From the human T2T-CHM13v2.0 reference genome, Homo sapiens: a stretch of 64,000 nt of DNA. Shown piece by piece: positions 56,832 through 64,000 of the stretch. The DNA lies in the NCBI RefSeq assembly GCF_009914755.1, contig NC_060938.1; one strand, 5' to 3'. The first letter of the stretch is position 1. Each line of letters opens with the position of its first letter. The position numbers and the translations under genes were made by a program. The notes beneath the pieces are model-generated. The model had not been told where the DNA came from. It ran no database searches and saw only the letters and a program-made list of their open reading frames with translations.

Positions 56832-57216
56832 TGTATTAGTCTGTTCTCACACTGCTATAAAGAAATACCCCAGACTGGGTAATTTATAAAGGACAGAGGT
56901 TTAATTGACTCACAGTTCCCCATGGCTAGTGAAGCCTCAGGAAACTTACAATCATGGCAGAAGGGGAAGCAGACGCCTTCTTCACAAGGCAGCAGGAGAG
57001 AGAGAAGTGCCAGCGAAGCACGCAGAGCCCCTTATAAAACCATCAGATCTCGTGAGAACTCACTCACAATCACTAGAACAGCATGGGGGAAACCACCCCC
57101 ATGATCCAATCGCCTACTTTTCTCCACTTGTGGGGGTTAGAGGTCCGTCCTTCGACACGCTGGAGATTACAATTCGAGATGAGATTTGGGTGGAGACACA
57201 AAGCCAAACCATATCA
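56832..57216 (-). mobile_element. THE1D/MSTA-like solo LTR
   Basis: tgtattagtctgttctcacactgctataaagaaatac...ccaaaccatatca. Confidence 0.9.
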
Positions 57217-59499
57217 GAAACCTTCCATGGAAGCAAGGAAAATAACAAGTAGTGCTCCTGTCATATGTTTGTCACATATGGACCAGAGGTACGCAGCTCA
57301 GATAGTTTGTGTTGTGGTTTTAAACATTCTTAGCTCATGAAAACTTTCTTAAAAAGAAACTTCACCTGAAAGGTAAACATAACAGATAAAAGTAAAACTG
57401 TCTATGTAATGTCTAGCCTAGATACTCCACCTGCTCTATTGCTTCTTTCTACCTTCCTTCCCACTGACATTACTATTCATGATAATTCTGCAGTCAATTA
57501 ACTAGTTGAGAAAGATAAGGTTAGCAGATGCTCAGGAAAGCTAGATAGGATGAATACACACATCTCTACCTTATCAGGGGAAATACTTCTTTTTTTCTTT
57601 TCTTTTCTAACATTTAGTTCCCATTTGTTCTTTATTAATATTCAGTAAAGATTTGGGGAACTTCCAGAGTAATTCAGTTTTACCAATAGGCAATTAAAGG
57701 GAGGGATTTTGGTTTCACATGTGAACATCAACATAAAAGATTGGCATGTACAGCTAAGGGACGCAGGTGATGTTGAGGAGTAGATTGGCTGCAGTCACTG
57801 AAAGTAGGAAAACCCTAAGAGGAAGACGTTATCTGTGGTAAGCAGAGTCAGTGATCTCTCTCTCTCTGGCAGTTACCCTTGCTGAAGCTTTGAGGTTTTG
57901 AGATGTATTTAATTACTAGAGAATGATTTCTTAACTTAATCGTCTGTCCTGTAAACTCACAGTGAAGTGCAAAGCACGGGTTACATGTTTTAAAATCATA
58001 TTTTGTCTTGGAATCAACCAAGAAGTACTACAAGAATAATTTGTCACTTTGACAAGCTTTGAATAGCTAATGAAACTAGCAGATACCTGGTTTTTTAAAA
58101 AAGATTAGATCTAGAACAAAAGCAAGCCAATAATTTGGAGTAGGACAATAATTGACAGGTTTTATCTGATACATTCTTGTCAAGTAAAGCAACTTAATGT
58201 TCTCTTCTACTAGTTGCAACCAAACAAATTCTGAAGGCTCACAGCTAGGACAGCTTCCTCTTCAACTTTGCATCTCCAACACCTAGCATACATGCTCAGC
58301 ACACGTGTAGTAGGTTCTCAGGTATTATTTGCTGATGTAAGGTTATTGTTTTCTGAGTATCTGGACAATGTGCAACAGCTACCTTACTTCTGAGAGATTT
58401 AAACAATAAGGGGGATGAAAAACTGTAGCCCTCTTCTTGGAGGCCTTGTACATATGTCCGAAAGTATAAAATCTGTGCCCAGATAGTTACAAAGTCCAGA
58501 AAGCATGCAGACTCTGCCTTCTGACAATTTTTGAGCAATGGGGCTAGAAAAGTTACTAGCAATGCATTTCTATCCATAGATTGATGTGATTAACAGGGAA
58601 GTTGGGTTAATTTTTGCTAAATTACAAATTCCATCTTATTATAATACAGATTAATAAGCATATGTTAAGCAGTGAATCTCTGAACATTTTCCACATAACT
58701 GGGTAGTTATTTGGTGAGATATGACTTTTTAAAGTGGGTTTTTTTGAAGCATTGATTTTGTGTTTCGAATTATCTAAAATGTATTCTGTGCACTGTGGCT
58801 ATGAAATTTTGAAGAGGTACAATCTTGATCACTTACTCTGGATTTGTTTCAGCCAAAGCAATACGTTTTTTCAACTAATTGTAAATATCACCTTTCGGTG
58901 GTTTTAATGAACCTAATAAAAAGATATGGTAATTTGTCTGCTCTATACAAACACTTAGCTATGAGAAAATCAAATAAGAATGAAGCCATATTAACCCTCA
59001 TTACTAAGTCAAAGTAGGTGTATATTTGTATAACTTAAGACAATAAAACAATGTTATATGTGAATCTTCATAATTTTTGAAGCAAGCATCTGATAATCTT
59101 TACAGTTATATTTCAGATGCAATAGATGGGATTATTCCTTATACTTTGAATAAGATGAAACATCTACAGGGGCATTTGGACTTGAACCTGGATAGACCCA
59201 GCTTTATTCTAACAATATACTTGGTAATAAGCAGGCACTTTTCCTTTCCTTTGTGTGTGTATGTATGCATGCCGTGTTTCATTAAAATGAACCCCATCAT
59301 TAAAGAAAAAACTCAAGGATATGTTGTTAGACCTGTGTAGTCGTGTCTACATGACAGACAGTATAACTAACAGGATCTTTTAAAGCTGATAAAACAATTT
59401 TTAAAAAGTAGTGAACCCTAGGTTCTGCCTTTTGGAACACAGAGAAAGCATGCATTTTGCTCTCTGGACAATGGATCCCTCTGAAAATGTAAATCACTA

Positions 59500-59570
59500 C
59501 ATATATATATATATACACACACACACGCACACATCACTACACACACATACACACACACATACACACACAC
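59500..59570. repeat. (TA)n(CA)n compound microsatellite
   Basis: direct reading. Confidence 0.92.
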
Positions 59571-61094
59571 TCCAAATAAATAGCCTTCAACTGTATGCCT
59601 CCACGTTATTTTCTGAGCACACGAAATGAAACCTTATTCTCACACATCTGGACATACTCAGGGCTTGTCATGTTGAAATTAAGAACGCAAGATGGCAATG
59701 ACCCTGCTGTCATTGGGTTATGACATTTGTATCAGTGTCCTCTCTTTAAAATAGGGGCGTTTAGACAGTTCCTGGAGGGGTTCTGGAGATCTAAGGCACA
59801 TGGATGTGACTCCATCTACATGAGAAGGAAATGTTGCATCGTTTGGTAGTGGTTTCCATGCCAAAAGTTTGCAGACACTGAAGATATTGACACCAAAGTT
59901 TCAGAGAATAGGAACTCGTAGAGTGGCAGGGAGTGGGGATATGGGCAGAATCTCCAGATTTTGGATGCTTGAATCCAATGAAGCTTGAAGTTCCAAGTTA
60001 TATTTGCCAGGAATTTAAAAGCTGCATCTTCTCCATTTGATGGACTCTGATGGCCCACAAGAGAGGCGTGCCAAAAAGGAGGAGCAAAGAAATTTCCTTT
60101 CCTTGTAAGAGTATAATATCTCCCAAATGTCTTGCAGAACCCAGTAATTAGGAGTTGCCAAAACATTTTAACATCACATTTGGCACATTATGGCACAACC
60201 TCACTGACTTCATGTTCATCAGCAGAAAATGAAGGATGGAAGCAAAAATGGAGATGGAACGAATGAGAAAAAATAGCATAAGAACACCAGGTCATCAAGG
60301 CGAAAGCAGTGATATTATCTGGGAAACTGGAAGAAATCCAATTGTGGATAAAGATAAATTACAGATGAAACCAGTGCTAAAAAAAAAAAAAGAAGAAGAA
60401 AGAAATGGAATAGAAACTAGAAGGTATGTGACTTTCAAAGGAGAAAAGGCAGATTCCTCACTCATCTTACCTTTTAAGAATGAGATATTGCACCATCTGC
60501 TCCCCAAACCGTTATTTCATTTCACTCTGGATTTCTCCTTGGTCTCCTCCCTGTGTTCTCTGAATTTTCAGATTGGCTCTCTTCCTGTGAGTCACATCCT
60601 TTCTTTAAATGTTTCCATATTTCCCCTGTCTCTGCAGCTTATGTATGACTCTTTGTTAAGCATTTCAAAATATTACATGTTACTGCGTTGTAATACTTTG
60701 CTTGTATCTAGCACCTCTTATTTTTAGAACTTAGTGTTTAAACAAATACTAGCTACTGTGTTAAAAATGCCTATACATTTTATAGGTGTAAAGTTACATC
60801 ATAATTTTTTAAATGATAGAATGGCTAGCTCACACTCTCATACTACAATGCTTACTCTAACTTTGTGTTTGTGTGGGGCATTTCAAGATATACTCCAAAT
60901 TATAATAACTTCTATGATTGCGTCATTGACTTTTTCTATAACATTCTACATGGTATATTAACACACATGCCTTAGAATTATTCATTGGTAATTATCTGCT
61001 TCACATTGACTAAGCCAGAAACTTACCACTTCTGTCTCCCTTACTTCTAGCAGGTGACCAAAACGTTTCAATTTACCTTATCAGCAGCTTTCCA

Positions 61095-61215
61095 GGTTTT
61101 GCAAACTCTGACCTGTGGGTCAGTTCCAGCCACCCACCTTGTTTTGTAAATAAAGTTTTATTGGAACACACTCATTTGTTTACATATTGTCTATGACAGA
61201 GTTAAGTAACAAAAT
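61095..61215. mobile_element. MER58A-like fragment
   Basis: gcaaactctgacctgtgggtc...gttttgtaaataaagttttattggaacaca...tttacatattgtctatg. Confidence 0.7.
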
Positions 61216-62338
61216 TACAAATTTACCCTCCGGTTTAAAAACCCTCAATCCTCCTTATTTCCCTCAATATAAAGCTCACCCTTCTAAATTCAACCTGCAG
61301 AGCCTATTTCTACCTCTGACTCTTCTTTTATCCCCTTTCTCCACGTGGACATTTCATGCAAAGTGTGAATGACATTAAATCAGTTTCTGCAGTATTCCAT
61401 GCCATACCAGAAAAAGCTCCTGGCTCCAAAAGAATATGTTAGGTGCCTCTTCTATGCCCTTATATAGAACGTTATGTTTCCGCTAATCTAGTCCTTGCTA
61501 GAATTGCACTGTAATTTGACTTATTTGTCTGAATACTCTGCAATAATCTGCTGCAGAGCTAGCACCCTTGCTGCCACATTTAACGGGATCAAATACAGCA
61601 CCTGACACATAGTAGGGTTTCAGAAATATTTAATAACATAAGTAATAAAATGCAGATACCATTCATATACTAAAGAAAAAAAAGAAAAAATCTATAATAT
61701 CAAGATGAAGTTTAATCTGGAAAAGTGCAAAGAAAACAACTGTTAAGGAGAAGTACACAAGGCCCAGGAGTGGTAGAATGAACATGAATTTTTGTTGGGA
61801 CATTAAGGAAATCTGAGAAAGTGATGATATAGCTATGAGAGATAATGATGTAATAACTAGACATTTATAGATTATGATATACAAGGAAGAGGAAACAATT
61901 CCATAGCTGTATTTCACACTGCTTTGTCCATCATTATAAGCATGTGGATGTCTCCACATCCACATTTTCTTGTTATTAATGATTCTAACTTACCCATTCA
62001 ATTATTTAGATATCCATTTTGATTAATTCTTCTTCTTCTATAATTGCATAGTTTGAATCTCACTGTTTTGAAATATGTTAAAAGTAGTAGCATGAAAGTG
62101 GTAAACTTCTAGAAGGTAGAAGAAGAGACATTAGGGTTGCTGCTGAATCAGAAGAAGGTTGCAGGTATAGGCATAGGAAATACATGTTTTATTTTCCATA
62201 AACACGTTTTACAGATGGTGACCCGTTGTCAGCATATCCTATATCTTAACTAGTTTATCCGTAGTTGGTAATGAATTGTCTCAGATACAGCTGTATGCCT
62301 TTTCCATATGTATGAGTATCATCCTGTAAGACATATGA

Positions 62339-62665
<327 letters not shown>

Positions 62666-64000
62666 TAAATGGAAGGAAGATAGCTTGCCTATCACATTAA
62701 CTCCATTTGCCTCATTAGACCAATCCCTAACCACTGTAACCATTTACATTTACCTGGAGTAAAATGAATGGGGGGGGGTTCACAGGCAAGAAAAGCAGCT
62801 AGGAAATTAATGTTTTAATTCAGCTTAGAGTATCTGGCCCTCCCAAAACAACTTGGAAATTGGGACTGAATATAGTCTTCTTCAAAAATATTGTAAAATT
62901 AATTATATTGAAATATACTTTTATATGTTCTGTACAAATTTCACCCACACAATTATTTAAATGGTCTTGTTAGCATTAATCCTGTTGGAATCTTTGCTTG
63001 TATAACTGCAAAATGAAAGTACACTCCAACTAATAGATGTGCTTTAGAACATTTCTAGGAAGGAAAATATGAATAGAATATCAGAAAATAAATAATAAAA
63101 CTTTCACAAATGAAAGAATTTTAGAGGGTTTGGAAAGCTAGGTGTAACCAAAATATAAAAAGGAACCTTATGTAAATGAGTCCTAGTGAATAAAGAGTGT
63201 ACTCTGACCATAGTCCCAAAGGTGGTCTGGCTTCTTGCTTGTCTCAAAGTAGCCTCTTCCTACATAAAAGACTTTGCCAATAGAATTTATGAATCCCTTA
63301 GAAATAACATTTGCCTTTTAATCTTAAAATATCCATGGAAAGAATTGTCAGCATTCTTTTCTAACTATAACTTTATAGCATTGGTTTCTAAAGGCAAATA
63401 CATGTGGATTATCTGATTCACATAAACAACTTGACTTACCCCAAGAAAGGAAAGCCCTCCTACTGTTCTTAATGGTTATGTGAAGGGGACAAACCATGTT
63501 TGAACTGTTTGAATACATATCCCCTTACTTCTGCCTGGTGGGATTCATAGTCACCCACTAGGCAAGGTTAACTAATGACTGAAATGAAATCCAGTCATTT
63601 AAAGAAATCTCAAAGGCTTCCTGGAGTTAGGCTGGAAAGATGTCACTAAGAGAAGGGCTGTACTTTATGCTTTTGCAATGTTTACAGAACCTGTAACACA
63701 ATGGAGCATGATTAATGAGACTCTTCAAACTCCAGCACAAGCATAGGACTTTGTACTTGTCATGTCTAAAGATCAGCCTTTATCACCCCATAACATAAGA
63801 AATGTAAACCAGAACCTAATCATTTCCTAAAGGAGTTACCTTGGCTTTTATTCTCAAGTAAACTTAGGGGTTAAAGAGGAGACGTTCTCATTTTTTAATA
63901 AGAATGGCACCTTTGCTTTGGGAAATGCTTTTCCCTTAAATGTTTTTACATTTATCATTTTATGCTATACTTACAAAATGATGTAAAGCATGTTTGCCAG

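Noticed and set aside
60236-60727. 163-aa ORF in non-Alu sequence
   Set aside because: Runs through an A tract and low-complexity sequence; no recognisable domain or exon structure.

Overview
AT-rich primate genomic DNA, almost certainly human or great ape, because it carries AluY/S/J, L1PA/PB, THE1/MST and MER elements. I find no supportable protein-coding exon, RNA gene or CpG island. The listed ORFs are repeat-derived or chance. The window is intronic or intergenic and holds 16 Alus, several L1/L2/MIR fragments, many MaLR LTRs including one full two-LTR MST element (7223-9791), hAT-type DNA transposon fossils and microsatellites. Three structures are not explained by repeat families. (1) A perfect 96-bp/96-bp inverted repeat with an 88-bp spacer in apparently unique sequence (16389-16668). 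(2) A 115-bp two-piece locally templated insertion inside the MST 5' LTR (7496-7610), copied from about 1.5 kb upstream. (3) A perfect 32-bp tandem duplication next to a long polypyrimidine tract, directly beside the donor of that insertion. I see no evidence for a novel multi-gene system. Repeat subfamily names come from remembered consensus sequences and need RepeatMasker/Dfam confirmation.
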